A stretch of DNA of 64,000 bases. It comes from a virus. The notes below the pieces were generated by a model. The model did not search any database and was not told the DNA's origin. It saw only the letters and a program-made list of their open reading frames with translations. The stretch spans positions 32,001-96,000 of IMG/VR virus record IMGVR_UViG_3300045988_126619; one strand, written 5' to 3'. Numbering within the stretch: position 1 is the first letter of the stretch; every line of letters starts with the position of its first letter. The position numbers were made by a program, and so were the translations under genes. Shown here in pieces: positions 36,242-44,965 of this stretch.

Positions 36242-36607
36242 ATGTGGGTGGAATTTGATTATTATGGAAATCACTATAGAATAAGAGTGGAACATAAAAA
36301 AGGTTGGAAAACATGGATTGGAAAGGTAATAAGTGATTTTTCTTATACGGAATATAAACCATATGCAATAAGAATTGAACAAAGAATCGATAAATACAAT
36401 ACGTATTCATATAGAAAAACATATAAGAAAATATACAAAAAAAATATGACAATCTATGATAATGTTTTTGTTACTGAAAATAATCATTTAATTTGTGTAA
36501 GAAATTTAAAACAACAAGATGATAAAATGTTTACTTCAATATTAATTCAAACAGGCATCACTACATTAGAAAAGATGAATAGAGATAGTAGAATAGCAGA
36601 GGTTTAA
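36242..36607 (+). CDS. hypothetical protein, paralog of 35905..36228
   Basis: As above; GGAGGA RBS. Confidence 0.6.
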   Translation: MWVEFDYYGNHYRIRVEHKKGWKTWIGKVISDFSYTEYKPYAIRIEQRIDKYNTYSYRKTYKKIYKKNMTIYDNVFVTENNHLICVRNLKQQDDKMFTSILIQTGITTLEKMNRDSRIAEV

Positions 36608-36651
36608 TTCTTTGCTATTTACACAAAATAAACAATAAGCGAGGTATAAAT

Positions 36652-36777
36652 ATGAAAAGAAATATTTTTTTTGAATATATTCAACAAAGAATTGAAATTG
36701 GTTATATCACACGTTTGTTTATTATTGGAATGATGATTATTTATATAATCAGCGAAGTATTATATCAAATTACTTAA
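36652..36777 (+). CDS. small membrane protein (41 aa)
   Basis: ATG after motif variant 36622-36637 and GAGG RBS. Contains hydrophobic LFIIGMMIIYII. Confidence 0.45.
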   Translation: MKRNIFFEYIQQRIEIGYITRLFIIGMMIIYIISEVLYQIT

Positions 36778-36793
36778 TATATGGAGGGATAGT

Positions 36794-37081
36794 ATGAAAA
36801 GAATATTGTTAGGAACATTGACATTAATTTTTACATCTAGTTTATTATTAGGATGTAGTGAAACAATAAACTCTGGTTATACTTCATCAGATAAAGATGG
36901 AGTATTAATATCAATAGAAAATAATATAATGTGTGGGGCAAATCAAGATATTAAAGTGGTAACTTTTGGAGAAGAAAAATTAGAAAATTATTCAATAGAA
37001 AAGAATGATGATGGTACTAAAGATGTAATATTGCATTTATCAACTAATACAAATAAATACAGAAAAGAGGAGAATAAATAA
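36794..37081 (+). CDS. lipoprotein
   Basis: Signal peptide with lipobox LLLGC. Confidence 0.65.
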   Translation: MKRILLGTLTLIFTSSLLLGCSETINSGYTSSDKDGVLISIENNIMCGANQDIKVVTFGEEKLENYSIEKNDDGTKDVILHLSTNTNKYRKEENK

Positions 37082-37938
37082 TGATATTAAATTGTAAAGA
37101 AATAAGAGAAAAGGCTATTGATAAAATAAAACAAGAAGGGAATATAGAAAACTGTAAAGCAGTATTTGTTCAAGTTGGAGAAGACCAATCTTCTAATGTA
37201 TATGTTAGAAATAAAATAAAACTTTGTGAGGAAGTTGGAATTAATGTAGAGCATATGCAATTTGCAAGTAATGTTGAAGAAAATGAACTAATTAACTTTA
37301 TAAAAATAATGAATATGGATGAATATATACATGGGATAATGGTACAATTACCTTTACCAAAGCATATAAGTGAAGAAACAATCATTAATACAATAGACCC
37401 TAAAAAAGATATAGATGGTTTTACGCACAGCAATAAAGGTAAATTAATGGTAGGGGATAGTTCAGCTATGATTCCTTGTACACCTTTAGGAATTATGGAT
37501 ATATTAGATTACACAGCAACAGATGTTGAAGGTAAGAATGTGGTAATAGTTGGAAGAAGTAACATTGTGGGAAAACCTATCGCTCAATTATTGATAAATA
37601 AAGGTGCTACAGTTACTGTATGTAATAGTAAAACAAATAAACATTATTTGGGAGAACTTATATCAAGAGCAGATATATTTATAAGTGCAATTGGACAACC
37701 AAATTATTTTAACAAAGAGTTCTTTGATTCAGTTGATATTCCTACTACAAGATTAAAAAACATAGTAGCAATTGATGTGGGAATAAATAGAGATTCAGAT
37801 AATAAATTGTGTGGAGATATTTCAAGAGAATTATATGATGATTTTAACATAATCACACCTGTACCAAATGGAGTGGGAGTAATGACCGTATTAAACGTAA
37901 TAAAAAATATTATTAAATGCTATAAAAATCAAATTTAA
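37081..37938 (+). CDS. folD: bifunctional methylenetetrahydrofolate dehydrogenase/cyclohydrolase
   Basis: VGRSNIVGKPIAQLL and TPVPNGVGVMTV signatures; 285 aa. Confidence 0.85.
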   Translation: MILNCKEIREKAIDKIKQEGNIENCKAVFVQVGEDQSSNVYVRNKIKLCEEVGINVEHMQFASNVEENELINFIKIMNMDEYIHGIMVQLPLPKHISEETIINTIDPKKDIDGFTHSNKGKLMVGDSSAMIPCTPLGIMDILDYTATDVEGKNVVIVGRSNIVGKPIAQLLINKGATVTVCNSKTNKHYLGELISRADIFISAIGQPNYFNKEFFDSVDIPTTRLKNIVAIDVGINRDSDNKLCGDISRELYDDFNIITPVPNGVGVMTVLNVIKNIIKCYKNQI

Positions 37939-37952
37939 ATAATTAAAATTGC

Positions 37953-37981
37953 TTGACATAAAATAAATGATATAGTATAAT
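37953..37981 (+). promoter_or_regulatory. sigmaA-type promoter with motif in spacer
   Basis: TTGACA-17-TATAAT, spacer TAAAATAAATGATATAG. Confidence 0.65.
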
Positions 37982-38139
37982 GAATTCATAGGAAGGAGCT
38001 GATACATTGTTAACTGATAGAGAAATACAAGAAATAAGAGAATTACTTGCTCGGTAATGAATTGACTGATGAAGAAAGATGGGAATTAGAGGAAATTCTG
38101 ATTAGACATTACAGACACGTATAAAAAGGGGGAATTTTA

Positions 38140-38853
38140 TTGGCAGAAGATAAAATTAAATACTTAGAAGAACTTAGAGATAAATTAGAAAAGTCTAATA
38201 TAAGAGAATTTAAAAATTGGACTAAGCTATGTGAACTATTTTCGTGGAAAATTACTAGAGGAACATATAAACTTGCTAGAGAAAAAGAATTATCAATAAT
38301 TTGTCAATGGGAAAAGATTGGGAATAAAATAAAAATAAAAAAAATAAATAACAATATACAAAAGTCAGATATAAAAGATGGAAGGAGCGATATGATATTT
38401 GGTGGATATAATAATGTTAAAATTGGTAAAAATGAATACGATAATATAGGTATATATATTATTATTGATAAAGACAATAACTGTTATATTGGTTCTACCA
38501 TACAAGGTTTTAAACAAAGGTTTTACGACCATTATAGAAAAAAACACAAATCCATGCAACATACGTATGATTTATTACATGATAATTATGCAGAATTTAG
38601 AATATTGCACGATATGACAGATATTGAAGATGTAGAACTTATTCGTATGGTAGAAGATGAATATATCCAATATTACAAATCTCTACCACAATATAATGTT
38701 ATAAATAGAGCAGAAAAAGCTTATTATAAAGGTTATTGTAAAAAACAAAAATATAAAAGTTTAAAAATAAAAGAAGAAGATTATATGTTAGCTATTAAAA
38801 TATTGCAAGATAATAATATTGAAATAAAAGGAGAGTTATTAGATTATGAGTAA
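38140..38853 (+). CDS. GIY-YIG endonuclease with N-terminal domain shared with 27502..28605
   Basis: IGIYIIIDKDNNCYIGSTIQGFKQRFYDHYRK. TTG start after GGGGG RBS. Confidence 0.65.
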   Translation: MAEDKIKYLEELRDKLEKSNIREFKNWTKLCELFSWKITRGTYKLAREKELSIICQWEKIGNKIKIKKINNNIQKSDIKDGRSDMIFGGYNNVKIGKNEYDNIGIYIIIDKDNNCYIGSTIQGFKQRFYDHYRKKHKSMQHTYDLLHDNYAEFRILHDMTDIEDVELIRMVEDEYIQYYKSLPQYNVINRAEKAYYKGYCKKQKYKSLKIKEEDYMLAIKILQDNNIEIKGELLDYE

Positions 38854-39025
38854 ATATTTTGCAGTCAAAGATGTGAAAATAGCAGAAATAATGTCTAGTT
38901 TATTAAATAAAAATTATTATAAATTTTATGATGAAAAATTAGGTCAAGATATTTATACTTTTGAAAGAACTGAAAACATAAATAAAGTTTATGGTCATGC
39001 TATGAGAATATTAGCAAACCTATAA
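38846..39025 (+). CDS. hypothetical protein (59 aa)
   Basis: ATG overlaps the upstream gene end and fills the gap to the helicase gene. Just below the track cutoff. Confidence 0.5.
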   Translation: MSKYFAVKDVKIAEIMSSLLNKNYYKFYDEKLGQDIYTFERTENINKVYGHAMRILANL

Positions 39026-39043
39026 TTGGGAAGGATTACGATT

Positions 39044-40516
39044 ATGATTAAGAAAAAATATATACAAGAAATAATAGGTGATGATTATAGAAGTTGGGAA
39101 AAAGGTGAAACAATATTAATTAAAGCAGGCACAGGAGCAGGAAAATCTAGTTTTGTAAAAAATATATTAAATATGTTTTGTTACTGTAGAAATGAAAAAA
39201 TATTATTTCTTAGCAATAGAACCAATTTAAAAAAACAAAATGAAAATGATATAGATAAATTAATTGATATAGGATATAACAGCATAATAATAAAAAATTA
39301 CCAAGAAGTAGAAGAAAATTCTGAATGTGGAAAATATGATTTAAGTAAATATGATGTTATTGTTATGGATGAAGCACATTATTTCTTTACTGATTCAGCA
39401 TTTAATAATAGAACAGATGTTTTCTTTAGACAAATATTAAAGAATGATAATGTAATCAAAATTTTTATGACAGCAACTCCAACTATTTTACAATTCTATT
39501 TCAAGCAAAATAATTTGAAGTTTGATTATGAATATGAATTAGATACAGATTATTCATATTTAGAAAATGTTATAGCCTATAATAATAAAGATTCTGCTTT
39601 ATCAATAATTAATGAAATACCTCAAGATGAACAAATAATTTATTTTGGTTCTGTAAAAAGAGCATTAGAGATATCACAAACTTTTGGTGGAGCATTTATA
39701 TGTAGTAGGTATAATAAAGATTATTACAATAAATACGTTATCGGAACAGAAAATGAAGAAGAATTAAATAGGATTATTACAAGTCAAAAATTCAATAATC
39801 ATATATTATGCACAACTATAGCACTAGATAATGGGATAAATTTATCATCAAAATCTAATATAAAACATATAATTATAGAAGTTTCAGATTTGGATACTTT
39901 TATACAATGTTTAGGAAGAAGAAGGGTTGTTGATGGTGAAAAAATTAATTTATACTTCTATGATTTTTCTAACAATCAAGAAATAGCAGGTTATAGAACT
40001 AAATTATTAAAACCATTGGCAGAAGCCGACTTTCTTATTGATAAAGGCGAACTAGAATATGTAAAAGCATATAATAAACAACACAAAACAGGAATAGTAG
40101 ATTTTACAATTGGAGAAGATGGTTATACTCACCCACAATTAAATGAATGTATGTATTATAAATATTATGTTAATAAAATAATATATGATTCTATATTAGA
40201 TAAAAATACATCAACTAGTTATAAAAGTATGGTTTCTGTAGCATTAGGTGTTGAAATTATAGATAAAGAAATGACAGAAATAAAATCATCAACAGAGATA
40301 TATTTAGATGGATTAATAGGAAAACCACTTTATAAAGAAGACCAAAAAGAGTTAATAGAAAGATTAAATATTAGAGATGATAGGCACAGATTGCAAAAAA
40401 AGATATCTACATTAAATGGATATTTAATAGATAACTATAATATGATGTTGATTAGTAAAAGAATAAGAGAAGAAGGTGATAGAACCACAATTTGGTTAAT
40501 AAATAATATAGAATAA
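39044..40516 (+). CDS. SF2 DEAD/DEAH-box helicase
   Basis: GTGAGKSS, VMDEAHYF, MTATP, QCLGRRR. Start moved to ATG 39044. Confidence 0.75.
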   Translation: MIKKKYIQEIIGDDYRSWEKGETILIKAGTGAGKSSFVKNILNMFCYCRNEKILFLSNRTNLKKQNENDIDKLIDIGYNSIIIKNYQEVEENSECGKYDLSKYDVIVMDEAHYFFTDSAFNNRTDVFFRQILKNDNVIKIFMTATPTILQFYFKQNNLKFDYEYELDTDYSYLENVIAYNNKDSALSIINEIPQDEQIIYFGSVKRALEISQTFGGAFICSRYNKDYYNKYVIGTENEEELNRIITSQKFNNHILCTTIALDNGINLSSKSNIKHIIIEVSDLDTFIQCLGRRRVVDGEKINLYFYDFSNNQEIAGYRTKLLKPLAEADFLIDKGELEYVKAYNKQHKTGIVDFTIGEDGYTHPQLNECMYYKYYVNKIIYDSILDKNTSTSYKSMVSVALGVEIIDKEMTEIKSSTEIYLDGLIGKPLYKEDQKELIERLNIRDDRHRLQKKISTLNGYLIDNYNMMLISKRIREEGDRTTIWLINNIE

Positions 40517-40611
40517 ATAATACTGACCATTTTTTTGGAGTAAGCTAAATATAGCTTTATCCAACTTTTTGGTCACAACATAAAATATGGTATTACAAAG
40601 GAGGAAAATAT

Positions 40612-40821
40612 ATGTTAATTGATTTAGAAAAACAAGATTTAATAAACTTAGTAAAAGGTATTGCTCCATCTTTTACCGCTATGAATGAACCTTATATTAA
40701 AGGTATGGGGTACTACGATGATTATAGGGGTTCTTGGAAATGGTATAATACCTCCCTAGAACAATTAGATGAAAATGACTTACTTCTTATTTATTACCTA
40801 TGTAAAAATAGTTGGAACTAG
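40612..40821 (+). CDS. hypothetical protein
   Basis: ORF track, AAGGAGG RBS. Confidence 0.6.
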   Translation: MLIDLEKQDLINLVKGIAPSFTAMNEPYIKGMGYYDDYRGSWKWYNTSLEQLDENDLLLIYYLCKNSWN

Positions 40822-40871
40822 ATTTGAAAATTATATGAATATAAAATAAAATAAACAATAGGAGTGATTAA

Positions 40872-41186
40872 ATGATTTTAAGAGATAAGGGTAAAAGTTT
40901 TTTTGATGAAAAATTAATTGTTGGAGCATCTGTTTATGAAGATTATTACGGAAACAACGATATTCGTAAAGGAATAAATATATTTACAAGAGATAAACAT
41001 TACAGATTTGAGTATGATGATATCAAACTGGCTCAAGAAGATATATTTGATATTCAACAATTATATGTAGAAAGAAATAAACCTAACCAAATGTTTGTTG
41101 ATAGTAGAGTTAATATAAGTACACAGATACAAGATGAACAAGGTGATTTGAGAAATTTTGCTGATAGAGTTAATGAATTAATATAA
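40872..41186 (+). CDS. hypothetical protein
   Basis: ORF track. Motif variant 40846-40860 abuts the GGAGTG RBS. Confidence 0.6.
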   Translation: MILRDKGKSFFDEKLIVGASVYEDYYGNNDIRKGINIFTRDKHYRFEYDDIKLAQEDIFDIQQLYVERNKPNQMFVDSRVNISTQIQDEQGDLRNFADRVNELI

Positions 41187-41224
41187 GCAAACCATATTAT
41201 ACAACAACATAGAACAGGGTAAAA

Positions 41225-41255
41225 GGGAAGATTGCTAACGCATCTTCTCCTTTTT
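41225..41255 (+). terminator. rho-independent terminator ending the plus-strand block
   Basis: GGGAAGAT-9-ATCTTCTCC followed by TTTTT. Confidence 0.55.
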
Positions 41256-41317
41256 AACTCATAAAACAAGTTTTATTCGTTATAGTTTGTTTTTTATTAT
41301 CTATACCTACAACTATA

Positions 41318-41512
41318 TACCCCCCCCATATATGAAGTATATCCGCCCATATAAGCTTCTTATACCCCTCCCCTTATAACTTTACTATTTATATTTGCAG
41401 GGTGCTTAGAACAGCTAATAGGGTTATTATTTTGTTATATGTTTACGACTGCAATATACCCCCTCCCTACCTATATATAATTATTGGCATTAATACGTTA
41501 AGTACCCGCCCT
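41318..41512. repeat. cluster of C-tract boxes (TATA-CCC[CG]CCC-TA)
   Basis: C8 at 41320-41327, CCGCCC at 41343-41348, CCCCTCCCC at 41365-41373, CCCCCTCCC at 41459-41467, CCCGCCC at 41505-41511. One more at 41776-41780. Confidence 0.6.
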
Positions 41513-41514
41513 AC

Positions 41515-41543
41515 TTGACAACAATTAAAAATAGTATTATAAT
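41515..41543 (+). promoter_or_regulatory. consensus sigmaA promoter in the non-coding region
   Basis: TTGACA-17-TATAAT bracketed by inverted CCCTACTT / AAGTAGGG. The only downstream candidate is a 29-codon ORF at 41636-41725. Confidence 0.45.
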
Positions 41544-42165
41544 AGTAATAAAGAAGTAGGGTAGAATAATAGATATTTACTCTATGAAATGGCAATAAGT
41601 TCTTTGAAAAGTAAATAAAAAGGGTGTTTTTGAAAATGGATATATCCGATGATTTACATATGTTTATGAGTGATGTTATGAGAAAAGTGTTACTCGTCAA
41701 AAAATACAAAATGTGTGTAGATTAAGGAGAGGATGGCTTTGTTCACGAATTGAACACAGTAAACGTTTACAAGTACCCCCTAGTATACGTTTTCATACGA
41801 TATATAACAGAGTATAAGTATACATTATACGTTGTTACCTATGTACTAGGCTTTACCAGTAATAAGGGAAAATATTTTCATAAATTGAACACTCATTAAT
41901 GTTATGTATATATTTGTTACGTACCTATACACACACACACACACCAACATAACAAAATGTTAATATCAAGTACAGTATTAGTAAACATAAAGTTTAATAT
42001 TAATGAACTATTACCACCATAAAGTTTTGTATTACTATACTTTGTGTTCACTATTACTATACTTGATTTATATATAAGATAAGATTTGAACGTTTGTTAT
42101 TTGTATAGTTGTTCAAGTTTCAATAGTTCAAATCTTATTTTCTCTTATATTTGATATCATGTTAT

Positions 42166-42650
42166 ATGGTATTATATACTACATTAACAAGTTTGACATA
42201 CAATGATAGAGTTGTTCTAGCAAAAGAGTTATCGAATACCACTTTAAGAGGTTTGACAAGTTATACATTATGTGTTCTAAGTTATATAGTAATGAATACT
42301 ACATAATAAGATTTGACAAACGCTATAACATTTGTTCTAAGATAAGAGTTATTGAATACCATATAAGAAGGCTTGACAAACTATGTTTGATTTGTTCTAA
42401 ATTTTTGGATACTATTTTGAGTGATTTGTCAAGAGTTAATTTATAAGAGGTATTTAATACTGCATTATAAGGTTTGACATAATAATAATTTTATATCTAG
42501 TTTTTTAGAACGACTGATTTTGTTTTGTCAAGTATAATTTTATATATGGTATTGGATACTGTTTAATAAGGTTTGACACATGATGATTTATATGCTCTAA
42601 GAATTTAGATACTATTTTTATAGTTTTGTCAATGGTTAATTTTAGGAGAT
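42166..42650. repeat. array of bipartite TTGACA-N16-TTCTAA elements (direct and face-to-face)
   Basis: Forward TTGACA at 42193, 42253, 42313 and 42373 (exact 60-bp period), then 42474 and 42573. Reverse units lie at 42405-32, 42505-31 and 42605-32. One more reverse unit is at 43029-43055. Confidence 0.75.
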
Positions 42651-43411
42651 ATAGTGTATTTAATATGTATACATATGTATGTGTATGAAGTACACCAATC
42701 TATACACGTACAATATAACGACAATTTAGATTTGAACGTGAATTTAAGAACGAAAATAACCTTGTAATTAATCATTTATTTTGTGTTTGAATTTACATTT
42801 TTGTGAGAATTGAAGATAGCTGAAACGTAGTCATATCAATGGTTTGCAGGCTTACAAATATTCCTAATTAATGATAATATATATCATTTACATAAGAATA
42901 TAGTATAGTAAAGGTTTACAACGCATTTATTACGTTATTTTACGACTGTTTTATAACTGGTATTTTAAGAGATATTAAGAACACGAACGTTTAACGTATT
43001 GTGGTGTGAAACATTCAGATAACATATATTAGAACAAGTATTTTGATTTTGTCAAGTTTTTAGCGGAATAGAGTAGTATTGTACAATATATGAACAAGTA
43101 TAGTATTAGTAAACAAAAGTTTATAAATAGTAAACAATTATCAGAATATTATGAGCGTGTATAATAACGATAATGGAACGATAGAACGGTTTTATTTTTC
43201 AAGGTATTAGTTTACCTGCGATTTTTGGGCGTGAATCTAAACGTTTACATGGGCATTAGAATTGATTGACCAGTCAACATATTGAGTAGTTTTGTAAACG
43301 TTTACAGAGTATGAGTGTTCAACAAGTGAACTATTGTTCTGAATAGTGTATAATTAAATAATATGCGAACCTTATCAAGTGCAAAAAAATAACTAGCGTA
43401 TAGAACGTTAG

Positions 43412-43621
43412 TTATTGATATATAGATAAAGCTATTAATATTAATATACATAGAGTTGAAAACATTTGTAAGTTGCGTATAATACGTTGAATACTGTTTA
43501 ATGGTTTGAAATCAAGTGACACGTTATAAGAAGTTTTGTTATTATTAGTTATCTTTTTGCTGAATGTTAATGTAGTATTGAATACCATGTTAAAAGTTCT
43601 ATTATAAGTTGTTGTTATCAT
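43412..43621 (-). CDS. hypothetical protein with C-terminal TM segment
   Basis: ORF track. AGAGGTG RBS and motif variant 43636-43650 lie directly upstream. Confidence 0.5.
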   Translation of the reverse strand: MITTTYNRTFNMVFNTTLTFSKKITNNNKTSYNVSLDFKPLNSIQRIIRNLQMFSTLCILILIALSIYQ

Positions 43622-43651
43622 ATCTTTACACCTCTTATTATTTATTTTATG

Positions 43652-43768
43652 CTATATAAATTTATAAGTATAAACTTGTTCCTTAATATCTTTAATACCT
43701 AGAATGAATGATAGTTGTTTTTTGTCTACCACCTTTTGAGTTCCATCTTTAAAAAATATCTTACACAT
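43652..43768 (-). CDS. small protein (38 aa)
   Basis: ATG after AAAGGTGGTAATAA RBS and motif variant 43798-43812. Sequence MCKIFFKDGTQKVVDKKQLSFILGIKDIKEQVYTYKFI. Confidence 0.4.
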   Translation of the reverse strand: MCKIFFKDGTQKVVDKKQLSFILGIKDIKEQVYTYKFI

Positions 43769-43818
43769 AATTTTATTACCACCTTTACATTTTTTGTTAT
43801 CATTTATCTTATGTACTC

Positions 43819-43847
43819 ATTATATAATAAATTTTGGATATAGTCAA
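43819..43847 (-). promoter_or_regulatory. sigmaA-type promoter (divergent pair, leftward)
   Basis: TTGACT-17-TATAAT, then 6 nt, then CATAAGATAAATGATAA. Confidence 0.55.
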
Positions 43848-43935
43848 CATTTTAAGTAATATTTTTATTAATTATTTTATGTTATATATTATATATAATG
43901 TAGAGAAAATTTTAATAATATTTTTACTTAAAATG

Positions 43936-43964
43936 TTGACATAAGATAAACAATAATATATAAT
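43936..43964 (+). promoter_or_regulatory. sigmaA-type promoter (divergent pair, rightward)
   Basis: TTGACA-17-TATAAT, spacer TAAGATAAACAATAATA. Confidence 0.6.
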
Positions 43965-44009
43965 AGTAGTTGTAAAGGACAATAGAATAAATTTAAAGAG
44001 GTGCTGTAA

Positions 44010-44336
44010 ATGAAACTTAATATTAAAAAATTAGATGGTTCAAAAGAACAAATTAAATGTGATAATTTTTCAATATTAACATATGAAAAAGATAAAAATA
44101 TTAAAGAATTATATAGTGGAAGTGAAATAGAAAGAATAACAGTAATGTCGGGTATTGTAGATAAAAACATGAGATTGCATGACTGTAAAATAAAATATTT
44201 AGCGTTAATATCACTATTAGACAAAAGCGATAAAGCTCAACCTTGGATGAAAATAGATTTAAACAATTCAAGTGTTGGTGACATTCAACAAAGAACAAGA
44301 GAAATAGAAGAATATATAATAGAATCTTTATGTTAA
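44010..44336 (+). CDS. hypothetical protein
   Basis: ORF track, AGAGGTG RBS. Confidence 0.6.
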   Translation: MKLNIKKLDGSKEQIKCDNFSILTYEKDKNIKELYSGSEIERITVMSGIVDKNMRLHDCKIKYLALISLLDKSDKAQPWMKIDLNNSSVGDIQQRTREIEEYIIESLC

Positions 44337-44407
44337 GCTTAAAAAGTGCTGACGAGTCTTTGAAAATTAAGACGAAACTAGGGGCAACCCTAGTCCACTT
44401 TAAAAGT
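44337..44407 (+). ncRNA. type I hammerhead ribozyme
   Basis: Stem I AAAGTG/CACTTT; core CTGACGA; stem II GTCTT-8-AAGAC; GAA; stem III ACTAGGG-GCAA-CCCTAGT; cleavage triplet GTC ending at C44395. Confidence 0.8.
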
Positions 44408-44437
44408 GAATTTTAATTAAATAAGGAGCGTTTAAAG

Positions 44438-44869
44438 ATGATTAAAATATTAAGAGTTGTTCAATTAAAACATATTAAAAAGGTTAAAATATTAGATGGA
44501 GATAATAAAATTACTATAGATTTTAGTAAGAATATTACGAAAATTAATAACAATCCTTTTGACACTTTTTCTAAAACTGTTATAAATGGAATACCAAACA
44601 AATATATTCACTTAGAAAAATTGTTTAACAATGAAGATAGAGAAAATATGTTAAACATTGTTTATGATATGATAGTAAAGGGTTGTTATAGCATAAGCAA
44701 TGATTATATCTATATAGATTATAATGGTAATGAATATAGAATTAATACACGTAATAAAGATAGTTTTATAATAGGAAGAATAGGAGATAATGAACTTGTT
44801 ACACGCTTTTATTATGAAGTAAATAATATAAAATCTAATACAGTATATGAAGTATTGTCTAATTGTTAA
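44438..44869 (+). CDS. hypothetical protein
   Basis: ORF track, AAGGAGCG RBS. Confidence 0.6.
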   Translation: MIKILRVVQLKHIKKVKILDGDNKITIDFSKNITKINNNPFDTFSKTVINGIPNKYIHLEKLFNNEDRENMLNIVYDMIVKGCYSISNDYIYIDYNGNEYRINTRNKDSFIIGRIGDNELVTRFYYEVNNIKSNTVYEVLSNC

Positions 44870-44890
44870 TAATGTTTTTATTAAAAGTTG

Positions 44891-44919
44891 TTGACATTTA
44901 TAAAATTATCTATTATAAT
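44891..44919 (+). promoter_or_regulatory. sigmaA-type promoter; motif lies downstream in the leader
   Basis: TTGACA-17-TATAAT. The motif at 44937-44951 abuts the AAGGAGCG RBS. Confidence 0.6.
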
Positions 44920-44965
44920 ATAGGCATAGTAAACGAACAAAATAAATGATAAGGAGCGATAAGAT

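Noticed and set aside
41054-41709. Track ORFs 41054..41269 and 41467..41709 in the non-coding region
   Set aside because: No RBS and odd composition. They span C-tract boxes and a consensus promoter, so they are treated as non-coding.
41928-41945. (CA)n microsatellite
   Set aside because: A short simple repeat. It is noted only as a possible slippage hotspot, and no functional claim is supportable.
42166-42650. Possible CRISPR array because of 60-bp periodicity
   Set aside because: The repeats are bipartite hexamers with non-conserved interiors, occur in both orientations, and have no cas genes nearby. This is not the repeat-spacer architecture.
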